A stretch of 64,000 nt of DNA from a virus (Duplodnaviria > Heunggongvirae > Uroviricota > Caudoviricetes), in the IMG/VR virus record IMGVR_UViG_3300031998_000007. The stretch is one strand, 5' to 3'. How positions within the stretch are numbered: the stretch's first letter is position 1; each line of letters starts with the position of its first letter. The position numbers and the translations under genes were made by a program. The notes under the pieces are model-generated. The model saw only the letters and a program-made list of their open reading frames with translations, did no database searches and was not told the DNA's origin. Shown here in pieces: positions 28,241 to 38,443 of this stretch.

Positions 28241-29878
28241 TTAGATCTGCTGGACGCGGTCGCGAATTGCGCTGAGGCGGGACTGGGCGGACTGGTCAAC
28301 GATGCTTTCGATGAGAGCAGTGCGCTTTGCAACCGGGTCAGCCTTCGGGGCCGGCTGTGCGGCGCTTTCGACCATCGGAGCCTGTGCGGCAGCGGCAGCC
28401 TTCGGAGCGTCGGCACTTTCGAGAAGGCTGTTGAGCTCACCCTGCAACTTGGTTGCAGCGTTTTCAGCAGCCTTGGCATGAGCGGCAGTGGCAGATTCGA
28501 CCATGGCCTGTTGCTGGGCGAGGGCCTTCATGCCGGCACCTGCCTTGGCAATGATGCCTTCAGTCATGGCATAGGCGCGGTCGCTAGACTTGCGATCAGC
28601 GATGAGGCTCTTGGCAGCGTTTTCAAGCATGGCCTTACGGTCATTGGCATTGATTACGCTTTCCATGATTGCGTCAGCCTTTGCGCGGCGACCGGCAGCG
28701 GCTTCGGCCATTGCGGCAGCCTTCTTGTCCTTGGCTTCCATCATAGCGGCAACGCTACGAACGAAGTTCTGGGCAGCGGCAGCATCTTCGCTGGCGTGTG
28801 TCTTGGCAACGTATTCGGAGTGGATGGTGTCGAGGGCGGATTCGAGCATCGGCGGAAGGCTGTCATCGTTGGCAGATTCTACCTTTGCGCCGTCCTTGTC
28901 CTTGTCGTCTTCCGGCTTCGTGTCGTCGGCAGCAGGTTCCGTAGCGGCAGGTTCGCCACCTTCCGGCGCCGGAGTTTCGGGGGCAGGCGATGCGTCAGTG
29001 CCCGCAGCCTCACCAGCACCATCGCCGGAGAACATGTTGTCGTCAAGTTTGTCGAGACCGGCAAGCGCGTTGTCAAGACCGGCAGTGTCGGTTGCTTCCG
29101 GCACACCGGCATCGGCAGCCGGGGCTGCATCAATGTTGTCAAGGGCGCTGTTTGCGGCAGCGAGATCGTCGTCGCTCACGCCGATGTCAGCAAGGCCGAG
29201 GGTTCCGTCACCTTCCGTGCCGGCAGCGTTCGGGTCTGCGGGCGGGACATCGTCCGGCGGGAGAAGACCGTTGATGTCGTCCACCGGGGCGCTCTGCTCA
29301 GTCGGGAGACTCGGCTCCGGGGTCGGGGCGAGAGGGGGGACCTCGGGGAGCGGTCCGGTCGCGGCATTGCCGGTCGGGTTGCCGAACTGGTCGACAGCCG
29401 GGCCTTCGCCCTGAACGCGTTCCTGGGTTTCCTTCGCCATTTCGCTGACAGCACCATCCGGGTTGAGCTCGGTCTTGTTCTGTTCGGCGAGGGTATTGAC
29501 GGTCTGCATCACCGTATTGGCAAGGAACGATTCGACGTCGCCCGTTGCACCGGTGCGCATCTGGACCGTAGCCGCGATTGCCGGGATGTCGGCAATTTCA
29601 ATCTTCTGGTCCGGGAGCTTGTTAAGCTCGGAAACGAACGCCTGCGTAATCATCTGGCGTCCTTCCTCGGTCTTGGTGTCGTCACCAAGGGGAGCAAAAG
29701 AGTCACCGAATGTCTGGGGCTGGTCGTTGGTGTTCACGCCGAAAATGTCATCGAGCGTGAGTTCCTTGTTGTCTTCCGGCGAATAATCATCAACCGGCAT
29801 TCCATCAGTGATGGATTCAACCTTGGCAAGGTCATCATCCATTGCGAGGATAGAATTGACTTTTTCCTGATTGGTCAT
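28241..29878 (-). CDS. Putative prohead core/scaffolding protein
   Basis: Very acidic and A/P/D-rich with a helical C-terminus; about 12 hydrophobic-x-Glu sites (KVES, MLES, IMES, MVES, LLES, LIES); AAGGA RBS at ATG 29878. Confidence 0.6.
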   Translation of the reverse strand: MTNQEKVNSILAMDDDLAKVESITDGMPVDDYSPEDNKELTLDDIFGVNTNDQPQTFGDSFAPLGDDTKTEEGRQMITQAFVSELNKLPDQKIEIADIPAIAATVQMRTGATGDVESFLANTVMQTVNTLAEQNKTELNPDGAVSEMAKETQERVQGEGPAVDQFGNPTGNAATGPLPEVPPLAPTPEPSLPTEQSAPVDDINGLLPPDDVPPADPNAAGTEGDGTLGLADIGVSDDDLAAANSALDNIDAAPAADAGVPEATDTAGLDNALAGLDKLDDNMFSGDGAGEAAGTDASPAPETPAPEGGEPAATEPAADDTKPEDDKDKDGAKVESANDDSLPPMLESALDTIHSEYVAKTHASEDAAAAQNFVRSVAAMMEAKDKKAAAMAEAAAGRRAKADAIMESVINANDRKAMLENAAKSLIADRKSSDRAYAMTEGIIAKAGAGMKALAQQQAMVESATAAHAKAAENAATKLQGELNSLLESADAPKAAAAAQAPMVESAAQPAPKADPVAKRTALIESIVDQSAQSRLSAIRDRVQQI

Positions 29879-29942
29879 AGCTATTGTCCTTTCACCGGAC
29901 ACTGCCGGTATCGTGTTTTGTAAGTTAGTTTAGAAGATGTCG

Positions 29943-31457
29943 CTAGTTTTCATCATACTCTATATGGAGCTGAGGGACGGCATAGCCTGGCTCGGCATCA
30001 CCGGGCACTTCCAGCTGCAAATAGACGTAGTCGGTCTCTCCCGCAAGCAGCGGGTTATACACGCCACCGCCAACACGGCACATGTTATACTGGCCGCACA
30101 TGAAGAGCGGGTGGTTATATACCACGTTACCCATATACGGGGCACAGACACACTGGTAGCCGCCGACCATCCGACTCGCCTTCAAGGCAGCCTCGACATC
30201 GATCGTAATCTCCTCCTCGTCAGTCCCGCCATTGAGGACAATGACGCCGTCGGTCACGACATCGTTGATGTCGGAGGCCATCGGGGAGTTGAAATTCCCG
30301 ACCAGACGCATCGGGAAAGCGCTCCCGGTATGGTTCACAAAATGGTAGATGCAGCCCGGATCAAAAATCAGCTGGGGAGCCCTTACCCCGTTCAGGTAAT
30401 AGACGAAATGACCACAGCCCTCGTCGCGGGCCTCGACATCGAACGAGATTACCGGCTTCTCGCCAGGCTGGGTAGTCGGTTCCTCGGTGACCTTGTAGGT
30501 CAGGTTGTCCCGGTTCTGGATGAACCAGCGGTGCGGAACGTAGGCCGGCTTGCCGAACCCGGTGGTGCTGTTGTAGAGGGGAACCCAGAACACCATGTAA
30601 CCGCTGTTCGGATGTTCCTTGCCGTCGAAGTTCGGGATGCGGTAGATGAGGCCCGCCGGGTATTTGGCCATGAGGTTGTCGTCGCCCTTCTTCACGGTAA
30701 GCGTGAGAAGTTCGCCATCGACGGTCTTCTTGACGGACACATAGGGGGCGCCGAGCAGTTCCTGCGTCCCGTCTTCCTTGAGGCCGAGGAACTCGATGAA
30801 GTTGGCCGGTTCCTGGGTATAGTCCTCGCTACGGTTGAAACTGCGATTGAGGAAGGTAACGACGATGTCCTTCTCGCTGTCAGTCTTGGTAGCGACCGGC
30901 ACCGCCACCTGACGCTCGCCATTGAGCGCAATCACGTTGCCGAACCCGTAGTCCTTGTATTCGACGGTGTACTCGGAGACCCCGAGCGACGGATCGGGAA
31001 CCTGGCCATAAAGGCCGGCGACTGTGAGGTAGAACGGGTGTTCCTTGCTAAAATCCCAGATGTTGTGGATGGCCTTCTGCGACTTCGTGTTGGTCGGCTT
31101 GGAATAGCCCACGGAGTTGCCGATACGGAGGATGGGGTGAACCTTCCCGTCCATCGGGGGCTCACCTTCCGGGTAAATCCTTATGTTGGAGAGCTGGACA
31201 TCGGGCGCCTTTTCGAGGTGGATCTTGAACACGCACTCCATCGAGTATGCGGTGCACTTCCGGTCCTCCTCGGCATAGATGCAGTAGTATGCCGCCTCGG
31301 ACGCGTCATCCGCCGGGATGACCTTTCCGCCGAGACGCTCGGACGAATAAACGGCGGGCACACAAGTGTCCACCCTCTTGATGCCGAGGGAAGAAACGAG
31401 GGTTCCGAAACTCCCGTCCTTTCCCGTGTATTTGCGTATGATTACACCCGCTGCCAT
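29943..31457 (-). CDS. Putative virion structural protein with inserted beta/cupredoxin-like modules
   Basis: YSMEC..APDVQLSNIRIY..DYVYLQLEV..EYDE frame; NGVRAPQLIFDPGCIYHF module; late motif at 31480-31487. Confidence 0.5.
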   Translation of the reverse strand: MAAGVIIRKYTGKDGSFGTLVSSLGIKRVDTCVPAVYSSERLGGKVIPADDASEAAYYCIYAEEDRKCTAYSMECVFKIHLEKAPDVQLSNIRIYPEGEPPMDGKVHPILRIGNSVGYSKPTNTKSQKAIHNIWDFSKEHPFYLTVAGLYGQVPDPSLGVSEYTVEYKDYGFGNVIALNGERQVAVPVATKTDSEKDIVVTFLNRSFNRSEDYTQEPANFIEFLGLKEDGTQELLGAPYVSVKKTVDGELLTLTVKKGDDNLMAKYPAGLIYRIPNFDGKEHPNSGYMVFWVPLYNSTTGFGKPAYVPHRWFIQNRDNLTYKVTEEPTTQPGEKPVISFDVEARDEGCGHFVYYLNGVRAPQLIFDPGCIYHFVNHTGSAFPMRLVGNFNSPMASDINDVVTDGVIVLNGGTDEEEITIDVEAALKASRMVGGYQCVCAPYMGNVVYNHPLFMCGQYNMCRVGGGVYNPLLAGETDYVYLQLEVPGDAEPGYAVPQLHIEYDEN

Positions 31458-31500
31458 CAATAAACCGTCGTTTTTCTCCAGTTTATAAGCGGGAGGGGCT

Positions 31501-32406
31501 CTAAATGTCTATGATGAAGTCCTCGTGGGTCGTCGTGACGATGTCCCGTTCGATTTTCCCGTTGACCACCTTCACCGTGTCGGCCTCGAACCGCCCCTCG
31601 CCCGGATAGCCGGACGGATTGCAGAGTATGCGGATATGCGCCCCGGACGAGTTCACCCAGTCACAAATCTTCTGGTCATGTATATGGCCACAAATCCATG
31701 TCGTCCCGTCAGGCAGCAAGTCGAGATACTTCTCCCCCTGATAGTAGAAGAATACGTTTCCACGGTTGTTGCGGTATTTCCAGTTCACGCCGACCTGGAA
31801 CGGGGCAAAGTGCGTCATCACGATCTTCGGCGCAGCCTTGCAAAGCCCGGTAAGCATCGCATCATAGTAGTTCCAAATCTTGCCCGGTTCCTGGTTCATG
31901 TAGCGCCAGTTACGTCCGTCGAACCACGACCTGCGCCACGCGGTCCGGTAATCGAACCCCGGCATGGCATCGCATTTCAAGTCGCACATGCCCATACACC
32001 CGGCGATACCGTCAACCTGGCGGCCCTCGATTATATGGACATTGTCATACTTCAAGTCCTGCATGAGGATAGCATCCAGCTTGTCCTCGGAAAGCGCAAA
32101 CTTCGCGTTCGACGCATACGGGGTGGCATGGCGCACAAGAATATCGTGGTTGCCCACACAGATATAGACCTTCTTGTATTTCTTGGAAAGCCATTCCACC
32201 GCCTGGACATACGACTGGTAGTCGTTGGCTATGTCGCCGGCAACTATCAACGCGTCAGTAACAGGATATTCACGGAATTTCCACAACCAATCCATCGTTT
32301 CCGAGACTACGCCCTTGCCCGGGTTGAGCCCACTCAGCCGTTTCCGGTCAACGGCATTTTCAAACCATGTGTCAACATGGATGTCGGATAGAATAAATGC
32401 TTTCAT
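31501..32406 (-). CDS. Calcineurin-like metallophosphoesterase
   Basis: SDIH, AGDIA, GNHD, THFAP, CGHIH, CNPSGY. Confidence 0.9.
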   Translation of the reverse strand: MKAFILSDIHVDTWFENAVDRKRLSGLNPGKGVVSETMDWLWKFREYPVTDALIVAGDIANDYQSYVQAVEWLSKKYKKVYICVGNHDILVRHATPYASNAKFALSEDKLDAILMQDLKYDNVHIIEGRQVDGIAGCMGMCDLKCDAMPGFDYRTAWRRSWFDGRNWRYMNQEPGKIWNYYDAMLTGLCKAAPKIVMTHFAPFQVGVNWKYRNNRGNVFFYYQGEKYLDLLPDGTTWICGHIHDQKICDWVNSSGAHIRILCNPSGYPGEGRFEADTVKVVNGKIERDIVTTTHEDFIIDI

Positions 32407-32422
32407 AATCCAAATCTACAAA

Positions 32423-35400
32423 TTATTTCCTTCGCATCAAATCGTTGCCCATCACCTTCTTTCCGTTGGTGAGAATGGCATAGATGCGCTCGACACTCAG
32501 GCCGTTGGATCTCGGAACCTCGGTAACGTGCTCCCTGGTCAGGCTCGCCAACCGGACACCGGAAAGCTGGGCATTGGACACGACCTTCTCGAACACGCTT
32601 TCAAGCGGGTTGCCGTTACCGTCAAGGTCGCCGTAGCTGTCGTCGCTCAACTTGCCCGCACCTGTTCCCAAAGTGTTCCCAGAACCGTTGATGCCCGACT
32701 TGTCAACCATCGCGCGGAGGGCATCGAAACTCATCAGCGTCTGGCCGGCAATAATGCCGAACTCGTTCTCCAGCATGTCGGCATTGTTGGCGTTCGGTCC
32801 GTCGGCAAAATGGTCATACATCACCGCACCGCCGTAGTCCTCGAACCTGGATTTCAGCTTCTCGTACTGTTCCTTGATCTGGCTTGCAGCAAGGGCATGG
32901 AGAAGCTGGGCATCGCCACCATCAATGGTCACCGAGCCGTCGGCGTTAATCGTGTAGCCACTGAGCACCGGCCCGTCGCTGACATATTCCACGTTCATGC
33001 CGAGAGCCTTCGCTTCCTCGACCGTGTAGAACACGCCATCGCGCTCGATGCCGCGGACGAGCTTGGTCGGGGTGACCTGGCGTTCGCCGAAAACGTTACC
33101 GCCGTAATTCTGGTCATAGGCGGAGCGGGTGCTCTCACCGAACACATGGATGCGGCCATCGGCAAGCGAGATAAACGCGCCACCGTCGCCGACATCGGTA
33201 AGGAACACCTTCGCCGACGAGTAGAGGTTGCCCAGCATAGCCTTGACGAACTCCACGATGTCGGTAGTGTAATACATATCGACGATTGTCTGGTAGCTTT
33301 CCACGAAGTCGCCGGATATGAGCGACTGCGCACCGCTGAGGTTCCCGACCATGCCGAAATACATGACCAGCTGGCGGAACGCGGTCTCGTTCACAGACTT
33401 CCATTCATAGATATTCGCGCGGTCGGTCAGGGTGCTGCCGTTCGCGGCCATCTTCAACTGCATCATCTTGATGAACTCGATGACGTTAATCAGCGGAAGG
33501 TCGTGGTGGACCTGTGTCTGGACATAGTTCACCACCTTCACCGGATCGACGTAGTGCTGGCCGTTCACCTGTTCTGCATCCTGATACGTTTCCGAACCGG
33601 ACAGGATATAGGGGACGCGGTCCTTCGGCGGGTCCGCCATCGCATAGCCCTTGGCATCGACGTTCACGAACGAACACCGTTCGACCGGATCCATCCGTTC
33701 AAGCAGCGCCTCGCGGAACTTCGGGGCATCCCTGTGCTCCACGCCAATCGGGAGGAACTCCCAGCAGAAAATATTGGCGCCCATGACAAGACGGCCACAC
33801 CACACGACATTGAGCGGCTTCGGACAGACCTTCGCCTCGCGGGCGTCTTCCGTGAACGCTTCCGCAATGTCAATCAGCTTCCTGAAATCGTCGCTATCTT
33901 CCGCGATAGGCGTCCGCAGGTCGTCCTGATAAATCAAAATCTTCATCCCGAGGCCATAGTTGTGCCATGAGAGGAACTCGGACTCCGGCCCGCCGGAACA
34001 AATCTGTGCCTCGTCCTCCGCAGAACGCATCGTCTCGCACAGCTCGACGCGCTTGTCGCCGAACTCCGCGCGGAGAATACCGAGCAGGCTCGCTGCCGCA
34101 TCGAACACGCCCATTCCCTTGCGCATGTCGGCAATGCTCATGCTACTCTCGTGGAATATGCGCCAGCCGTCCACCCTGTCAACGACAGGTATCAGGTTGC
34201 CGTCCTTGTCGGTGTCATAGATAAATTTCCCGTTGCCGTCCATGTGGCCCTTGTAGACGTCGCCCGCACGGTCAACGATTGCATACTTGGACTGGTCGAA
34301 CGGGCCATAGTCCACAAATGCGCGATGGCGGATTTCCGACGCTCTCGGGAGAGACGGCATGTCATAACGCAGCTCCACGGTCGTGCGGCTGTCGTCGTCC
34401 TTGCTTGCCGGAAGCGGAACCTTCACATTGAGCAACGTGGCACCGGACGCAAAATCGGATGCAACAAAGTCATCGTCCGTGATGTAGTAGGTCAAGTCCC
34501 CGTCCGGCGTAGCACCGTAGGAATAGACATACCCGTCGGACGCCATCAGGTCAAGGACTACCTCGGCCTGCCCGGAAATGTCACCCGGCTTGGCATCGTC
34601 CTCGCCCTCGATTGCAGACGGGACAGTAACTACATAGCCGTCGGTAGAGTTTCCGATAATCGTGGCCTTCTGGCCGACCGGATAGACGGTATAGGTATCG
34701 TCCACAAGCTGTGGATATTCCGCATAGATGTTCGTGTCGATCATGCGGACTTCCGCCCAGCGGATGCCGATGAACTGCTTCACCATGCGGTGACGGGTAA
34801 ACCCGAACCGGCGGTAGCGCCTGCGCACCTTCTTGTACATCGACACGGCAACCATGAACCGGGCCGGGACCATCTTGAAGTTGAGACCGGCGAAACCGCC
34901 ATACATGCTCGACTTGTTGTTGAACACGCTTTCGTGGGTGATATACTCGTAATAACGGATCCGTTCAATCGCGGTCTTCAACCGCCCGAACGCATCCTTG
35001 GCATCCTCGTATTCTTCCTTGCGCGTAGTAAATTCGAGAACGGATGCAGCTGCAGCCGCGGCGCCCCCGATCAGGGAACCGGCAAACAGTTTCACCTTCA
35101 AGTCATCGAGCCAGTCGCGCCATCCGGCGAGCATCTTCTTGTATGCCCACAGGAAAGTATCGACAAAATACGGCATGGACACGTCAACATCGTTCAAGTC
35201 AATGTCGTCGTCATACTGGTTATGCACTGCCGCATAATAGTCCAGGCCGGTCACATACCGCTTCCCGTCATTATTGAACAGGGCGTCGCCCAGCGGAAAT
35301 TCCGTTTCGTCCACGCCGAGCACGGTAAACTCCCCGGTAAGTTTCCAGTTGTCGTTCACCGGGTACCAGGAATGGACATTGGCAACGGTCCCGGAAGCGC

Positions 35401-37591
35401 TCGCGTCGCGCATGCCCCTGATGAGGATAGCAGCCTCGGTCGCGAACTGGGCAAGCGTATAGACGCTGAACCCGTATGAGGAATAGAACGTCGCATAGTT
35501 GATGCTGTTCATCCGGCAGTGCGTAGCGTCATTGCCCACGCCCACCGTATATAGCGATCCATCGGGCGCAGTGATGTCGCACCGGGCGGTAACATACCCA
35601 CCGCCAACATACCAGGTCACGTAATCATAGGCGATAGTAGAAACATTCACATGCACCAAGGAAATCATGCCACCCGCATACGGGTACTTCGTCATGGTCG
35701 CCTTGACCGCAGCATGGTTCCTGACAAAGCTGGAATCGCGATCAAAGTCCTCGACGCTTTCCCATATACGGCTACGGGACAGGTCTACCGAAATGCTACT
35801 GCTGTTCTTTGCGCTTACGTTCGACACCCATTCAACATACCAGGCCAGCAGCATCGACTTGATATACGACGCGTCCACCTTGGAACTTACCTTCTCGCGG
35901 ATGTAATCCTCGTAGGTATTGATGCCATCGTAATACATCGTCGGGTGATACTTCCAGAAAGCGGTTTCGCTTACGGATCCGGCCCAGACGACATTGCGCC
36001 CGCCCTTGTTGGCATAAAGGCATGCCGGTCCGGCAATCACCGGGACGTTACGGCCATAGCCGTCCTTCGTGTCATACCCCGTATAGTCGGTAGCATACTC
36101 GTTCGCCCCGCGGATGCTGAGCGCACGCAGGCGAAGGCTGATTTCGGCCGTATTGTCATCTACATAGTAGCCAATCCCGGCATAGTCCTGCTTGCTGCGG
36201 CCGACCGTATAGAGCGACCTACGGATTTCCCCGAGGTCGATTGCATACTTGCCGACACTGTCCGTGTTGAGCTGGAACGCGCTCTCCGCCACCGCGCCAT
36301 AGAAAGAACGCAGTGCGGCCCTGGCCGAACCGGGCGTCCCGTGGGCGTTCTTGAACTCGTCCGCGGTCTCGGTGAGCGCATCCGCAAGCATGGAACGCAG
36401 CTCTTCCTTGCTGTAGTAGAACGCCTTGAACGCGTCGCACACGTTCGGGATGAGCGCGGTGCCGGTACCACCGGTCTCCTCGGTCCCGGCAAGGGAACTC
36501 ACGAGCTTCTTGCTGTAATCAACCTCACCGCCCTGTGCAACGACTTCGGAATCTGCAACCTCGGCATAAATCTTGTTCTTCTCGTTAATCCAGCCGCTAG
36601 AATCCGTTCCCAGCATACTGCCGAGGGCGGAGAACTTCGTGCTGCCCTTCATCGAGGTAAGCGTGTAGCCAAGATCCTTCGACGCCGCATCGCGCATGTG
36701 CGCTTTCAGCTTGGCCCTCGCGGCCTTGCGGTCCAGCTGCCATTCCGCGCGGGTAGGCGCGTCCACGGTGACAGGCTGCTTGAACTTGTCGTCGTAGTAA
36801 ACGACTTCCAGGCCCATGCCGCCATCGTTGTAGAACGGGGACATGTATTTCAGCGTCTTCTGCAACGCATCATACCCGGTAATCGCCTTCCTGTCCTTCG
36901 GGGCAGTCTTGGTAAACCATTTCCGGCCATGCTCGCGGACCCGGTCAAACCCGAGGCACCCGAGCGCGGCGCGATATACGTGGACATTGTTGATCCAGCT
37001 GAAATTCTGGGACTGCTGCAGGGTGTCCTTGTCCACCATCAGGAGATAGCGGGGGATATACTCAAACGTCACGGAAGATACAGCGGTGACTACCGGGAAC
37101 GGGCTGTCGGCGGTATAGGTTTCCAGCGTGATCGTCAGCGGGCTATGGGTATCGGACGGGCCGTCGTCGGGGAGCCTGATGGCCTGCCCGTTTACAAGCG
37201 TGTCCGGCTTCCTGCGGTAAGGGGTAGTGTTCGCCTTGACGATGCCACTCTTCACGAGGTCATCGGCGACGAAACCCGCGGCAACGAACACGTCCGTATT
37301 CTCCGGCGTGCTGCCCGCAGTCGTAGTTGTCCAGTGAAGGTGTATCACCCGGTTTGTGGCGCTTGCGACATTCCCGAGAAGCATCACCTCGGACCCGGTA
37401 GAGGCGGCTGCCGTGATTTTCTGGACATACTCCATCACGTTGTTCGTCACCCTTTCATTGAGGGTGGTCTCGCCCTCCTCGTCCTGTATAGACGCGAGCG
37501 TTTTCAGCGGGAGGCCACTAAGGTCCAGCTTGACCTTCGCGGTGGCCTTCATCGGCTTGTAATACTTCTCGTAATCGTAGAGTTGGGACAT
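32423..37591 (-). CDS. Large virion protein (1722 aa) with a degenerate M15C-like peptidase segment
   Basis: Start moved to MSQLYD behind the late motif at 37632-37639; ETMRSAEDE...SWHNYGLG motif. Confidence 0.6.
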   Translation of the reverse strand: MSQLYDYEKYYKPMKATAKVKLDLSGLPLKTLASIQDEEGETTLNERVTNNVMEYVQKITAAASTGSEVMLLGNVASATNRVIHLHWTTTTAGSTPENTDVFVAAGFVADDLVKSGIVKANTTPYRRKPDTLVNGQAIRLPDDGPSDTHSPLTITLETYTADSPFPVVTAVSSVTFEYIPRYLLMVDKDTLQQSQNFSWINNVHVYRAALGCLGFDRVREHGRKWFTKTAPKDRKAITGYDALQKTLKYMSPFYNDGGMGLEVVYYDDKFKQPVTVDAPTRAEWQLDRKAARAKLKAHMRDAASKDLGYTLTSMKGSTKFSALGSMLGTDSSGWINEKNKIYAEVADSEVVAQGGEVDYSKKLVSSLAGTEETGGTGTALIPNVCDAFKAFYYSKEELRSMLADALTETADEFKNAHGTPGSARAALRSFYGAVAESAFQLNTDSVGKYAIDLGEIRRSLYTVGRSKQDYAGIGYYVDDNTAEISLRLRALSIRGANEYATDYTGYDTKDGYGRNVPVIAGPACLYANKGGRNVVWAGSVSETAFWKYHPTMYYDGINTYEDYIREKVSSKVDASYIKSMLLAWYVEWVSNVSAKNSSSISVDLSRSRIWESVEDFDRDSSFVRNHAAVKATMTKYPYAGGMISLVHVNVSTIAYDYVTWYVGGGYVTARCDITAPDGSLYTVGVGNDATHCRMNSINYATFYSSYGFSVYTLAQFATEAAILIRGMRDASASGTVANVHSWYPVNDNWKLTGEFTVLGVDETEFPLGDALFNNDGKRYVTGLDYYAAVHNQYDDDIDLNDVDVSMPYFVDTFLWAYKKMLAGWRDWLDDLKVKLFAGSLIGGAAAAAASVLEFTTRKEEYEDAKDAFGRLKTAIERIRYYEYITHESVFNNKSSMYGGFAGLNFKMVPARFMVAVSMYKKVRRRYRRFGFTRHRMVKQFIGIRWAEVRMIDTNIYAEYPQLVDDTYTVYPVGQKATIIGNSTDGYVVTVPSAIEGEDDAKPGDISGQAEVVLDLMASDGYVYSYGATPDGDLTYYITDDDFVASDFASGATLLNVKVPLPASKDDDSRTTVELRYDMPSLPRASEIRHRAFVDYGPFDQSKYAIVDRAGDVYKGHMDGNGKFIYDTDKDGNLIPVVDRVDGWRIFHESSMSIADMRKGMGVFDAAASLLGILRAEFGDKRVELCETMRSAEDEAQICSGGPESEFLSWHNYGLGMKILIYQDDLRTPIAEDSDDFRKLIDIAEAFTEDAREAKVCPKPLNVVWCGRLVMGANIFCWEFLPIGVEHRDAPKFREALLERMDPVERCSFVNVDAKGYAMADPPKDRVPYILSGSETYQDAEQVNGQHYVDPVKVVNYVQTQVHHDLPLINVIEFIKMMQLKMAANGSTLTDRANIYEWKSVNETAFRQLVMYFGMVGNLSGAQSLISGDFVESYQTIVDMYYTTDIVEFVKAMLGNLYSSAKVFLTDVGDGGAFISLADGRIHVFGESTRSAYDQNYGGNVFGERQVTPTKLVRGIERDGVFYTVEEAKALGMNVEYVSDGPVLSGYTINADGSVTIDGGDAQLLHALAASQIKEQYEKLKSRFEDYGGAVMYDHFADGPNANNADMLENEFGIIAGQTLMSFDALRAMVDKSGINGSGNTLGTGAGKLSDDSYGDLDGNGNPLESVFEKVVSNAQLSGVRLASLTREHVTEVPRSNGLSVERIYAILTNGKKVMGNDLMRRK

Positions 37592-37642
37592 CGGAAACCG
37601 GGGTTCGGGTACTAAAATCGAAGATACCCCTAGTTTATAACG

Positions 37643-37670
37643 AAAAAGGTGCCCGGAACTCCGGGACACC
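37643..37670 (-). terminator. Rho-independent terminator
   Basis: GGTG.CCCGG/CCGGG.CACC stem with a minus-strand T tract. Confidence 0.7.
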
Positions 37671-37691
37671 CCACTCCACACCAAGTTCTTG

Positions 37692-38432
37692 CTATTCGTG
37701 AGCCGAATAGACCCTGTGCATCTGTTCCGTCATGCTGTCGCGTATCCACTTGACGGCGCCACCCGACTTGCCGGTATAGGTACCCGTGAACTTGCAGATA
37801 TGCCCGGCAGACACGAAATCGGCCTTAATCGCGAGGATGTCGTCAGGCATTGCATATTCAATCGTCAAATGCGCCCCGATTATCAGCCGCAAAACCGTCC
37901 GGTCGTCATTCTGCGTAATCGTAAACTCGCCCATCCCGGACAGACCGCTCATCGCGAGGGCAAAAATCCGTGCAGGCAGGGCCGTATTCGGGCGCCCGTC
38001 GGCTGCTGCCTGGTCGGTAACCTGGCCCGCAACCCGGAACTTGTCGCCATTGGGAAGCATGTTTTCGGGGGTGACCTGGATGGGGTTCCCATTCATGTCA
38101 GTCGCCACCGCCGTCTGGAATTGGCAAGTGTCCTGGAAAACCGTCTGGAACCCGGGCTGAACGTTTTCGCCTTTCTTGGTAGCCTTTTCGAACTCGGAAC
38201 GCATGCGGTCGGCGCCCTTGTCGAAAATTTGCTGGACCGGCGGGGCATACTGCGCGGACAGCTTGCGGTCAAGCCGTTCCTGGGCAGTGCCAACCGGGGT
38301 TTCCTGGCCCACCGTAGCTGCGCCGGCAGGTTTGGCGCGTTTGACGTTAGTCTTTTTCTTGACAGACGGTTTCTTCGGCGTATCAAGCGCCTTGGTGATT
38401 TCCGTCAGAACCTTCTTGGAACGTGTTGCCAT
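37692..38432 (-). CDS. Hypothetical protein with Lys-rich N-terminus
   Basis: GGAGG RBS; directly downstream of gp46. Confidence 0.75.
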   Translation of the reverse strand: MATRSKKVLTEITKALDTPKKPSVKKKTNVKRAKPAGAATVGQETPVGTAQERLDRKLSAQYAPPVQQIFDKGADRMRSEFEKATKKGENVQPGFQTVFQDTCQFQTAVATDMNGNPIQVTPENMLPNGDKFRVAGQVTDQAAADGRPNTALPARIFALAMSGLSGMGEFTITQNDDRTVLRLIIGAHLTIEYAMPDDILAIKADFVSAGHICKFTGTYTGKSGGAVKWIRDSMTEQMHRVYSAHE

Positions 38433-38443
38433 GTCTGGCCTCC

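Noticed and set aside
31501-32406. Metallophosphoesterase as gp47/Mre11 partner of gp46
   Set aside because: THxxP, GHxH and CNPxGY motifs and the lack of a capping domain fit the stand-alone phage phosphoesterase family; it is not adjacent to gp46
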